Shown: piece by piece, positions 35,059-43,917 of the stretch
How positions within the stretch are numbered: position 1 is the stretch's first letter
Layout: every line of letters starts with the position of its first letter
Source of the DNA: a virus
Taxonomy: Duplodnaviria > Caudoviricetes
Virus record (IMG/VR): IMGVR_UViG_3300011252_000208
Span: 1-55,802 of that record
Length of the DNA stretch: 55,802 nt
Strand: one strand, 5' to 3'
Position numbers and translations under genes: made by a program
The notes under the pieces: generated by a model
The model's input: the letters and a program-made list of their open reading frames with translations, nothing else
The model's database searches: none
Told to the model about the DNA's origin: nothing

Positions 35059-35852
35059 TGTGTTTGCTCCCCCCAGCACGAATCCTGATACTCACAGAAC
35101 TTGCAAAGAAAGAAATCTTTGCTTTGTGCGATGCGTGGTAGAATGTCATTTGCTTTTGCAGCCGTCAAGATATTTACTGCCCTATCGCTGGCTTCCTGCG
35201 CAAGCCCTTGATTGAAAGGGATTATTTCATAGTATATCTCGCTGGTGTTTTTATTCACTACGGTGAACAAACAAGGTGTTTCTGTTAACTCCATGTAGGC
35301 TTGGTACAGTGCCACTTGGGTAGCATACACTGGATTTGCCTTAGCAACGCCGTGCTTTTCAAACGCCCTAAACTTATTGTCATTGGCTGATTTGCATTCC
35401 CACAGCATAGGATACGGCGCTTTTACGGGGCCATCACAGACTACGCCGTCTATGTGACCGCGTATTTCACCATCAGCGATTGAGAACCCGAACTGTTCAC
35501 CCATTTTGTCTTCTGTGCGTAGGTCAAACCCTGCGTCCTGTATCCACTTGGCGGCATAGTCTTCGATGTTGTGACCGAACTGGAATATCCGCAGTGTTCG
35601 TGCGGTAAATTCCTTGCCACTATCAATGGGTCTGTTGAGGTAGCGATATTGTATTTTGCGTGAGCATTCATCACCAATGCTGGACGCACCGATATACTTA
35701 CGCCGCTCACGTTTCTTTTCGCCTTTGACGATCCCCTGATCCACAGCCTCTTTGATTTGTTCGGCTATTGGGTCTGGTTCCCTAGAATGGGATTGAAGTA
35801 GAAGGCCAACTGCCTGTTGACTTATAGTAGGATTCTTCAAGGTTTCCGACAT
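35055..35852 (-). CDS. Cas4-like PD-(D/E)XK exonuclease (start uncertain)
   Basis: YIGASSIGDEC, GHIDG, WECKS, QVALYQ, CKFC.Y...C. Confidence 0.85.
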   Translation of the reverse strand: MSETLKNPTISQQAVGLLLQSHSREPDPIAEQIKEAVDQGIVKGEKKRERRKYIGASSIGDECSRKIQYRYLNRPIDSGKEFTARTLRIFQFGHNIEDYAAKWIQDAGFDLRTEDKMGEQFGFSIADGEIRGHIDGVVCDGPVKAPYPMLWECKSANDNKFRAFEKHGVAKANPVYATQVALYQAYMELTETPCLFTVVNKNTSEIYYEIIPFNQGLAQEASDRAVNILTAAKANDILPRIAQSKDFFLCKFCEYQDSCWGEQTQ

Positions 35853-36006
35853 TTACCGTCTCCGTAATTTTTTTTGATTCTTGCAGTGCGAATATCAACA
35901 CTTGGACTTGTTCTTCTGTCAGGTCGCAGAACCGCGTACCCCAGCCGAAGTATCCAAGTATGAATGACAACTCTTCGATTGGGTCTTTTGCTGATTCGTA
36001 ATTCAA
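35782..36006 (-). CDS. Hypothetical protein
   Basis: ATGA coupling; ends SIPF. Confidence 0.6.
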   Translation of the reverse strand: MNYESAKDPIEELSFILGYFGWGTRFCDLTEEQVQVLIFALQESKKITETVNVGNLEESYYKSTGSWPSTSIPF

Positions 36007-36311
36007 TGGACTGTTCCCTCTTCTAACCCGAACAACTCTGCGGCTTTGTCGAATAGCCCCTCATCTGCTTCCGGGTTTTGAAATATAGCATCCGCTACTT
36101 TTTCTTTATCCACGAATATTTTTGCGCAGCCCCCGATACATAATTTTTTTGAATGTTCCATGTGGTCTTGCACTGCTTTTCCTGCGGCTTGGGTAACTTT
36201 TTCGCCATCGTTCCAATCTGACACAAACGCAACGATTTTGTATTCTTCACAGGCAAACTCGCTGTTGTCGTAAACTATGGCTGTTAGTTCAAGTTCTATC
36301 CGTGCCATCAT
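36003..36311 (-). CDS. Hypothetical protein
   Basis: Start moved to MMARIEL after AAGGAAG. Confidence 0.6.
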   Translation of the reverse strand: MMARIELELTAIVYDNSEFACEEYKIVAFVSDWNDGEKVTQAAGKAVQDHMEHSKKLCIGGCAKIFVDKEKVADAIFQNPEADEGLFDKAAELFGLEEGTVH

Positions 36312-36588
36312 CTCTTCCTTTTTTGATAGCCAACTCGCCACCACAGGCCATGTAACCACATGCGTCTACCCAGTTGTCAGGATTGCTTTTGTTAGATTTT
36401 AGCCGTGCTATTTTTAACAGCGTCATCATCACTGCAACGTCAGTAGATGTGAAATCCCATTCGTTGTTAAAGTAAATTTGCCACAACTCTGCTATGGAAT
36501 CAAAGTTGTCTTCCATATCACCGTGCGTGGCGTCACGATCTTTGGTGACGTACTGCTTTGCCGTATCTAATATTTCTGCCCGTTTCAT
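36289..36588 (-). CDS. DUF6378-like protein
   Basis: RAEIL..A...V..DR..THG..EDNF..IA.LW...LLKIAR...DNWVD.CGY. Confidence 0.75.
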   Translation of the reverse strand: MKRAEILDTAKQYVTKDRDATHGDMEDNFDSIAELWQIYFNNEWDFTSTDVAVMMTLLKIARLKSNKSNPDNWVDACGYMACGGELAIKKGRDDGTDRT

Positions 36589-38252
36589 TCAGCTATCCTT
36601 TCCACTGCTGCGTCTATTTGTTCTTTGTTCCACAGATAGTTTAGCCAACACGCGGCTTTGTATTTTGTCCATGAGAAGTCCATTGCGCTTACTTGAACCC
36701 CACCCCTGCGCAAAGCATCACGTTGCTTGTCTGTGGCCCTCTCATTGAGCCAGCGTTTAGATTTGTTAGCTGCGTTACTGTCTTCTATTTCACGCATGAA
36801 GTCATCTGCGGCTGACATGGCTTGCACCTTACCACCAATTGCGACTGAGCGCACCTTGCGCCCGTTCTGAGCCTTGACTAGCCCAATAGATGTGTCGCCC
36901 ACTGTGCCGACTACGCCAAAGCCGTTGAAGCCCATTGCCATGAGGCACGAACCGTTGCCGAATATGTCCATCCATAGGAACGGTGATAGTTCCATGAGGT
37001 CGTATTCTGTCAGCGTGAAGTCCACCAATTCTTCTGTGTCTTGGCTTTGGAACTCATAGCCACACTCAACGCACATTCTGACGTTAAGAGGGTTAATGAA
37101 TCCGCACTCTGGACATTGCTTTTCTGGCGCTTCCCCGTTGGGGTCTTTAAGCTTGCCATCTAGGTTAGCTGCTTCATCCAACGCACCATGCGTTAGAATG
37201 CTGCTACCGAAGTCTAGCACAATACAGTCTTTCTTGATTTGGTCAGGATAAATCTCTGGATCAAGAATGCGCAAACCGCGCCCAATCATCTGCACCATTG
37301 TTGATTTAAATGAGCAGGGTCTGGTTAGAACCACACAAGATACAGGCGGTGCATCAAAGCCTTCGGTCAGCACTGCTACGTTCACCACAACTTGTACGTC
37401 ACCAAACTCAAGGTCATGCAGGATTTGTTCGCGTTCTGGCTTTGGCGTATCACCAATAACCATTTCAGCGTTTATGTCATGTTCGATAAACATATCCAGC
37501 AAGTCTTGTGCGTGGTTGATTGTGGAGCAGAATACAACGGTCTTTCGATCCCCTGCGCGGTCTTGCCATTCATTGACCACACGTTCGTTAATGACGCGCT
37601 TATTCATTATTCGCGCAACCTCATCCATGTCGAAGTCATTGCCGCGCCGTGTGACCCCTTCCAGAGCCTCTGTGACGCCAACATCGACAACGTAAGCCTT
37701 GGGTGGCACTAGGAAGCCTTCGCGTATCAGCGTGGCTAATTCTATTTGGTGTGAGCAATTGGTGAACACGCTGCGCAGACCTTTGCCATCTCCGCGATTA
37801 GGCGTGGCTGTAAAGCCAACTATCTCAGCGTGTTCGTTGTCTTCTTTGACCGCTTCGATAATTCTCATATAGGTGTCAGCGGCTGCATGGTGGCTTTCAT
37901 CTACAACAACCATATCGAACTTTGGCCTGTGGCGCAGATTGTTTTCGCGTGACAGGGTTTGCACCATTGAGAATATGGTGTCACCGTCCCACTTTTTAAT
38001 CGTGCCATTGACGATACTGGTGGATATGTTTGGGTTTACCTTTAGAAACTTTTCGCGGTTTTGCGCTACAAGTTCGTCGCGGTGCTGCAACACAAGAATG
38101 CGTTTACCTTCTTGGTGTCTTTTACCAATGAGCGCAGACAACATAATAGTTTTGCCTGCGCCTGTGGGAGCAACTACGATTGTATTTTTGTGGGTGTCCA
38201 GCGCATTTAATGCGTCTGAAATCGCCACCTCTTGATAGGGGCGTAATATCAT
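36585..38252 (-). CDS. SF2 DEAD/DEAH-box helicase with C-terminal zinc finger
   Basis: LRPYQ, APTGAGKT, DESHH, TATP, LTEGFD, QMIGRGLR, CPECG..CVECG. Confidence 0.92.
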   Translation of the reverse strand: MILRPYQEVAISDALNALDTHKNTIVVAPTGAGKTIMLSALIGKRHQEGKRILVLQHRDELVAQNREKFLKVNPNISTSIVNGTIKKWDGDTIFSMVQTLSRENNLRHRPKFDMVVVDESHHAAADTYMRIIEAVKEDNEHAEIVGFTATPNRGDGKGLRSVFTNCSHQIELATLIREGFLVPPKAYVVDVGVTEALEGVTRRGNDFDMDEVARIMNKRVINERVVNEWQDRAGDRKTVVFCSTINHAQDLLDMFIEHDINAEMVIGDTPKPEREQILHDLEFGDVQVVVNVAVLTEGFDAPPVSCVVLTRPCSFKSTMVQMIGRGLRILDPEIYPDQIKKDCIVLDFGSSILTHGALDEAANLDGKLKDPNGEAPEKQCPECGFINPLNVRMCVECGYEFQSQDTEELVDFTLTEYDLMELSPFLWMDIFGNGSCLMAMGFNGFGVVGTVGDTSIGLVKAQNGRKVRSVAIGGKVQAMSAADDFMREIEDSNAANKSKRWLNERATDKQRDALRRGGVQVSAMDFSWTKYKAACWLNYLWNKEQIDAAVERIAE

Positions 38253-38273
38253 TTGATTGTCCTCTTCGCTAAA

Positions 38274-38310
38274 AGAAAATTGGGGGGTTCACGGCCCACG
38301 GCCCCCCATC
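38274..38310 (-). terminator. Hairpin/terminator after SSB gene
   Basis: TGGGGGG...CCCCCCA stem followed by TTTTCT on - strand. Confidence 0.5.
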
Positions 38311-38343
38311 CGTGGTAGCAGGCGCGGAATGGCCTTGCCGCTA

Positions 38344-38964
38344 CTACCTCTGCGCCCAGCTTGGCACGGGACTTCCAGCTTGCGGTGCTGGTGCCTGTGG
38401 TTGCTGGTATCCTGCTTGCGCTGCTGGCGTTGATTGCATTGGCGCTGACGCGGTAGCAATGAACCCCTTTTGATCTGGCGTTAACGCAGCCATCAATTGA
38501 TTTTGATCGCTATACCCGTTGGTGCCTTTCTTGATGCCAATCTTGGCACAAATCTCCATAGCGTTCAAGTCAAACACGCCAGAGATATTTCTGCGCTGTT
38601 GGGCTTCGTCCGACATATCGCTGGCCTTTAGATTGTTTGCACTTTCCACAATCTGACGCAGTGTTCGCAGACCAATTTCTTTAGCCAACGGCATACCGCT
38701 CTTGCCCATTTTGTTGCCATCAACAAAAATTTTAGACCAGAACTTACGTCTGTCGAACTCACCGCCGATGCAGGTAAATTCTAGTTCCATCCACTTTGCA
38801 GCGGAACTTTGTGATTGCTTGAACCACTGGCCCTGACCAAACTCAGGCAGTTCAATATCGCCGCTTTTAACAACGATAACTGCACGGCTGATTGCGCCGT
38901 TTGGAATGAGCGAAAACTCACGGTTGCCGCCATCATCTGCTGGTGTTTCATTAAGATTAAACAT
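38344..38964 (-). CDS. Single-stranded DNA-binding protein (DUF669-like)
   Basis: LIPNG...LEFT..GGEFDRRKFW; low-complexity tail ending PSWA; next to Sak4-like ATPase. Confidence 0.7.
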   Translation of the reverse strand: MFNLNETPADDGGNREFSLIPNGAISRAVIVVKSGDIELPEFGQGQWFKQSQSSAAKWMELEFTCIGGEFDRRKFWSKIFVDGNKMGKSGMPLAKEIGLRTLRQIVESANNLKASDMSDEAQQRRNISGVFDLNAMEICAKIGIKKGTNGYSDQNQLMAALTPDQKGFIATASAPMQSTPAAQAGYQQPQAPAPQAGSPVPSWAQR

Positions 38965-39820
38965 TTTTATTTCCTTCGCTTTGCTGCGTTTCTGGTTTTA
39001 CAAAATCCAACGGTTTCCCATTTGCTGAAAGTTGTGAACTCATTTTGTCGATCAGTTTACCTAAGTGTGGTTCTTCAAGTGTAGCCAATCGACCAGACCT
39101 ATCCTTGGCAGGATAGCCCCATTCATTCAATGGCTGACAGATAAATGCGCGGTACGGCCCATTTTCACCTGTTAGAATAGCCATTGTAATTACTTCATCA
39201 ACAATTCCGGGCAATTCGCGCCCTGTCTTGCTGCCTTCGATCTGCAAGTTATATTGCTTGCGGCTGTAGTCATCTGTGGTTTCATCCAAGATGCCAACAA
39301 AGATTACATTCTTTTCGCGGATATGCTGCAAGTGGGTTAGCCACTGCATCATTTCACGACCATGCAAGCCGTATGCTGCGCGTGTGTCCAGTTTACCTGT
39401 GCGGTCAGACCGCGACTCTGGTTGTTGCTGGCACCATGAAAAGCACAAGCGCCCTGCTACTGTAATTGAGTCCACAAACAGCGTATCATACTTTGCTACT
39501 AGCGCAGTTGGATCACCCTCTTCTGCACACAGAAAATCATAGTGTGCTTGGCTGTATGGCTGATCTTCTGCCAGTGATGGGTTTGGCCCACCAAGATAGC
39601 ATGCAAGATCACGACACTCAGGCCATGACTGCGGACGCATCACATCAATGGGATGCCCTTCGATAGCTGAGTCGCCAGCTTCTAGGTCAACGAACAATGT
39701 GCGTTCGCCTAGAGTTCTAGCGAGTGTGGTTTTACCCACACCGCTTTGACCACAGATCACAATTTTGTGACCTTTCTTTTCAGATAACCGTTGATCGGCT
39801 GTGATAATTTGAAAACCCAT
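38957..39820 (-). CDS. Sak4-like/AAA_24 ATPase
   Basis: GQSGVGKT, DLEAG, FVDSIT, PAKDRSG. Confidence 0.85.
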   Translation of the reverse strand: MGFQIITADQRLSEKKGHKIVICGQSGVGKTTLARTLGERTLFVDLEAGDSAIEGHPIDVMRPQSWPECRDLACYLGGPNPSLAEDQPYSQAHYDFLCAEEGDPTALVAKYDTLFVDSITVAGRLCFSWCQQQPESRSDRTGKLDTRAAYGLHGREMMQWLTHLQHIREKNVIFVGILDETTDDYSRKQYNLQIEGSKTGRELPGIVDEVITMAILTGENGPYRAFICQPLNEWGYPAKDRSGRLATLEEPHLGKLIDKMSSQLSANGKPLDFVKPETQQSEGNKNV

Positions 39821-40221
39821 TACTTGTCCTCGACTTCTACTGTAAAGCGTCCGACTTCTGTAGTACGGGCGGCTTCTAGTGTTGCTTTGATTGCGGGTGG
39901 AGCGGTTGTGTACTTGCGCTCTTCCACAGCGTAGGTCAGCTTTGCGTAGTGCTGTGCATTCTCAGGCGTCATGCTGTTGAATGTGTCACGCAGTACGTCT
40001 TGATCCCAAGTGACCTTTTTACCAACGTTGACTTTCATAGCCACATTGCCTTCGACAATATGCGCAGTACCAAAGTCTTTACCGTCTGCCCGTAGTGCAT
40101 CACGCGCCAATGGCAGAAATAAATCTGATAGTTGATCGTCTACGTTTTTGAGTTCGGCACGAAGCTCAGTGATTACTGACTTGAGTTCGTCGCGCCGCTC
40201 AAACAGTTCCATACTGTTCAT
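39820..40221 (-). CDS. Hypothetical recombination-module protein
   Basis: Coiled-coil N-terminus, KKVTWDQ; own promoter and RBS. Confidence 0.75.
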   Translation of the reverse strand: MNSMELFERRDELKSVITELRAELKNVDDQLSDLFLPLARDALRADGKDFGTAHIVEGNVAMKVNVGKKVTWDQDVLRDTFNSMTPENAQHYAKLTYAVEERKYTTAPPAIKATLEAARTTEVGRFTVEVEDK

Positions 40222-40247
40222 GCGTATATTCCTTCTTTGCTACAAGT

Positions 40248-40282
40248 TCCCAATACCTAGCAAGTGCTGGCATACGTGTCAA
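40248..40282 (-). promoter_or_regulatory. Promoter of replication operon
   Basis: TTGACA-N17-TAGGTA followed by TTGGGA; near-identical layout at 32309-32343. Confidence 0.65.
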
Positions 40283-40653
40283 CTATTTTTTTTGGTTAAA
40301 TATATTTCAATGCCTAAACAAGCCTTCATCAGCTTCTTTTTTAGTTTAAATTCAGGGGTTTCCACGCCTTTTGCGTCTTCAACAATTTGTTCCCACACGC
40401 CATCTTTGTTCTCGCGCTCGTATCTAAAGTCGGCAACATAGGCGCATATCTTCTGGTCATTAACGATCAGATTGAACCTGACTTGCAGTTCCAAGTTTCT
40501 GACGGTGCCAGCCCGTTCTAGCGCGTGTAGATATAAATAGCGTTCTGATTCCCACTTTGAATCGAACTTGATGTTGTGAACCACAACCTTCTTATTACCG
40601 TACTTGGGCCTTGACCCAAATCTTCTGGGATTATATGGTCTTTGTGACGCCAT
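40279..40653 (-). CDS. DUF1064 endonuclease-like protein
   Basis: KYGNKK...FDSKWE...YVADF.Y...VEDAKG..T..FKLKKKL. Confidence 0.8.
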   Translation of the reverse strand: MASQRPYNPRRFGSRPKYGNKKVVVHNIKFDSKWESERYLYLHALERAGTVRNLELQVRFNLIVNDQKICAYVADFRYERENKDGVWEQIVEDAKGVETPEFKLKKKLMKACLGIEIYLTKKNS

Positions 40654-40672
40654 GTTTGGGAAAGGAACCTTT

Positions 40673-40891
40673 ATGCCAAATCCAAAAGAATACAAGTCTG
40701 TTGGCCTTACAACAGAGGCATACGATAAGTTGAAATACGTTGCAGCGCAAGAGGACAGACCATTGGGGCGTCAGCTTTCAAGGCTGATTGACGTTGCTTA
40801 CTTGCAGATACAGAACGCCAAGCGTGGTTATAGACCTGCCAGCACAGGCGGCATTGGTTCTGCATCTACTGTCATGGAACTTGAAGACTAA
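40673..40891 (+). CDS. Probable ribbon-helix-helix regulator
   Basis: YKSVGLTTEAYDKLKYVAAQEDRPLGRQLSRLI; AAGGA RBS; promoter TTGACC-N17-TATGGT at 40611. Confidence 0.65.
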   Translation: MPNPKEYKSVGLTTEAYDKLKYVAAQEDRPLGRQLSRLIDVAYLQIQNAKRGYRPASTGGIGSASTVMELED

Positions 40892-43800
40892 AGCAGCCCT
40901 GCGCTTCCCAAACCGCCAAGTAAAGTAGCCGCCGCCGCAGGGTTTTGGGCGGCTCTTTCTCGTAGTGTCATCTGTTGTGCGTTACGTCTTATTTGTTCAA
41001 TGGGAGACAATGGTGCAGCAGGACCAGTTTTTCTAGGCGCGGGAGGTTCAAAATTTATTGCCGGGGGCGTTACAACTGGAACACTTGTTCGGCTTTCCGG
41101 GCCTTGAGAACCTAAACCTAAAGCTCTAGGCGTTACTTGTTTGGCTACTCTGCTGGCTCCACCTAAAGCTCGTCCTGTTCCTTGAACTACTTTACCTATT
41201 TTACTCGCAGTTGCGCCAGCATCCACACCCTGTTCACGCGCAGCATCGTCCAAGAATCCTAGAATTGCACGACCATTTTCTTTAGCTGTACCGCCACCCT
41301 CACGTAACTCTAAAAACTTTTTTGCAACTTCATGTCTGCCAAGTGCTTTAGCACCTAATCTCATTTGTGAAACACGCGCAATCGCAGTTAATGGATGTTT
41401 AAACACTTGCGCCCAAATGCTACCCGCAGCAATTGCACCCTCTTTTGTTACATCACCTAAAAACGAAAGTTCTTCCGCGAACTCATACAATGCTTTTGTT
41501 GTGTTCGGGTTTGCAGCATCATCAAGAATTGTTGATAGAACTTTTCTATCATACATACCTAAAGTTTCTTGTAACTTTCCTGCACTTTTTGCGCTGTCAA
41601 AAAGTCCACTATCTACGGATTCCATAATGTCTTGCAACACAACTTGGCGCATGTTGCTTTTCATTTGTGGATTATCCCCAAAAAACTCCATAATTCTGCT
41701 GGCTTCAGATTGAGATAGGTTAGGTGTTGTTAAAGCCTGAACAACTTCATCATAAGATCGTGGGCCTAGCTTACCTGTTTCCAAATCTTTTAACACACGG
41801 GCTTTTAACAAATCATCATAATCGCTGGTTACTTTAGCTATGTCATTAAGAGCATCCAACACGCTTGTTGGCGCTCCTGCTTCACTAGCCAATCTAATTT
41901 GTTCGGCTTTTACGCCGCCTCGCATATCTGACTTGCCTATAGCGTTGGCTAAATTTTGTATTTCGTCCCACTTGTCACCAAACAATTCTTTGCCCGTTCC
42001 TTTGAGGGACATGATTTTATTTCTAAAAGTTTTGCCGTTGAATTGCGTTGGGTCAAGTGGATCACGCCCTGCATCAGTTAAAGCGTCATCTATGAAGCTA
42101 CGACCTAACATATCCCGAACTTCATCAGGATTATCTACAGTTTTTAAAATGTTACGCAGTCTTTCTGGTTCATCTGGCTTGACCACTTTAGAAAATAATT
42201 TGTCAGATGTAGCCCGTGGTACATTACCGTTTAATGACTGCAAATCTCTTAAAGACCTAATGATACTCAAATCAACAAGTTTTTCAAAGGGTTCTATTCC
42301 ATCACGATAATGCTTTATCGCTATTTCTCTTTGTTTTGCTGCTTGTATTAATGACGTTTTATCAATCATAGACAGTGCATCTTCAGGAATATGATCCCCA
42401 ATGTTTTTACTCATTAAAACATTGTCTATGTTTCCTTTTATATCTTCTAATAATAACGCGGCTTTAGTTGATATTTTGCCGTTAAAATACAAGTTGTCGT
42501 TAATCGCTTTGCGCAAAACAGCCATTTCAGAAAAACTTGCTTTTCCCTGAGTGCTTCGCAAAAATATATCAATGTCTGTAGCCAATGGATCAGCAAGATT
42601 TCGCATTTCTGCGTTGTATTCCATTATTTTTGATTCCAAGGGCCTTACATTAAATAACTTGAATTTATTCCCTCTACCACCCGCAATCGGTGCCAGTATT
42701 TCATCAATAGCAGAAAAATTATCTGCCGCATCAGCCCCAAATTTAGAAAATGTATTTGTGATACGACCTAAAATTTCAGGATTCAAATCCACATTGTTTT
42801 TCATGGATTTTGATAAAACATCAACAGAACCATCTATAGCTCTTAGGTATGCTTGGTTGGCACTTTCTTGCAGCTTTTGAAATTTTACAAACTGGCTATC
42901 GCTGAGGAACATAACATCATCAGCTAACTGGCCTTTTGCGTCAGCGCGAACACCTTCAAGGAATTTATTTTTTTCAGCAAGCGCAAGCCCAAGGTTTCGT
43001 TCTCTACGATCTACAACTTTACCAGCGTTTTCCAAAAACTTTTGACCGTAGCCTAGTCGTTCTGCACCAAGGCTTTGCAGACTTGGTGTAAAATCTTTGT
43101 CTATTAACCTTCTAGCAACAGCTAAGTTTTCTTTGTTTACTTCCTCAAGAGCGCCTACACCTGACAACCTGCCAGCTACAGACTTGCCACCACCAATAAC
43201 CTTGCGGCCTGCCCCGATCACCGCAGCGCCTATAAGCTCACCACCAGCGCCTATAGCGCCCTCTATGGCTACGTCTTTAGCTATATCGCCTAACCCTTGC
43301 GTCTGCACGCCTAACAAGCCCTCTATGGACTCTTCTAATGCTTGACCCAAAGCACCACCAGCGCCTGCGCCAACCACAGCGCCAAGGCCAAAAGAAGGAC
43401 CACCACCAATGATAGCGCCTGCCACAGAACCTACAGTTTCTGGAACTATGCCTGCCAAGTCGGAAAAATCACGCATACTGAAGCCTTCATCTTCAATAAC
43501 AAGATTTTTACCAATTGGCTCCATGCCGCGTTTTTCTTGGCCCTTCTGGGTTAATGAATATCTACCAGCTTTATCTTTAACAAATCCATCAGACCCGACT
43601 AGGCTTTCTAATATGGCTTCACGATCACCGTCAGTTTCCGCAAAAGACAACAAAGACCGTAGCCTACCATCTGCACCAGTAGTGTAATCAAAGTTTTCAC
43701 GGTCACGGCCCTGTCGAATATCGACTAATTCTTTCAGGGTTTTTCCACTACCTAAGTTAGAAAAAGATAAAGACGCTGCTAAATCAGCGACCTCTTCATT

Positions 43801-43905
43801 GGGAGCGTTGGATTCTATAGCGCGATATGCTTTTAATTTCTGAGCGTCAGTAAATGACCCTGATTCTATACCGCGATATAAATTTAACTTTATCCGATCA
43901 TCCAA
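40888..43905 (-). CDS. Large internal virion/ejection protein
   Basis: 1005 aa; Gly/Ala-rich membrane-like segment then a helical region; last gene of the tail operon. Confidence 0.65.
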   Translation of the reverse strand: MDDRIKLNLYRGIESGSFTDAQKLKAYRAIESNAPNEEVADLAASLSFSNLGSGKTLKELVDIRQGRDRENFDYTTGADGRLRSLLSFAETDGDREAILESLVGSDGFVKDKAGRYSLTQKGQEKRGMEPIGKNLVIEDEGFSMRDFSDLAGIVPETVGSVAGAIIGGGPSFGLGAVVGAGAGGALGQALEESIEGLLGVQTQGLGDIAKDVAIEGAIGAGGELIGAAVIGAGRKVIGGGKSVAGRLSGVGALEEVNKENLAVARRLIDKDFTPSLQSLGAERLGYGQKFLENAGKVVDRRERNLGLALAEKNKFLEGVRADAKGQLADDVMFLSDSQFVKFQKLQESANQAYLRAIDGSVDVLSKSMKNNVDLNPEILGRITNTFSKFGADAADNFSAIDEILAPIAGGRGNKFKLFNVRPLESKIMEYNAEMRNLADPLATDIDIFLRSTQGKASFSEMAVLRKAINDNLYFNGKISTKAALLLEDIKGNIDNVLMSKNIGDHIPEDALSMIDKTSLIQAAKQREIAIKHYRDGIEPFEKLVDLSIIRSLRDLQSLNGNVPRATSDKLFSKVVKPDEPERLRNILKTVDNPDEVRDMLGRSFIDDALTDAGRDPLDPTQFNGKTFRNKIMSLKGTGKELFGDKWDEIQNLANAIGKSDMRGGVKAEQIRLASEAGAPTSVLDALNDIAKVTSDYDDLLKARVLKDLETGKLGPRSYDEVVQALTTPNLSQSEASRIMEFFGDNPQMKSNMRQVVLQDIMESVDSGLFDSAKSAGKLQETLGMYDRKVLSTILDDAANPNTTKALYEFAEELSFLGDVTKEGAIAAGSIWAQVFKHPLTAIARVSQMRLGAKALGRHEVAKKFLELREGGGTAKENGRAILGFLDDAAREQGVDAGATASKIGKVVQGTGRALGGASRVAKQVTPRALGLGSQGPESRTSVPVVTPPAINFEPPAPRKTGPAAPLSPIEQIRRNAQQMTLRERAAQNPAAAATLLGGLGSAGLL

Positions 43906-43917
43906 ATCCTACACTCC

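Noticed and set aside
35055-35852. Cas4-like gene as part of a CRISPR-Cas system
   Set aside because: Solo Cas4-like nucleases are normal in phage recombination modules; no other cas genes
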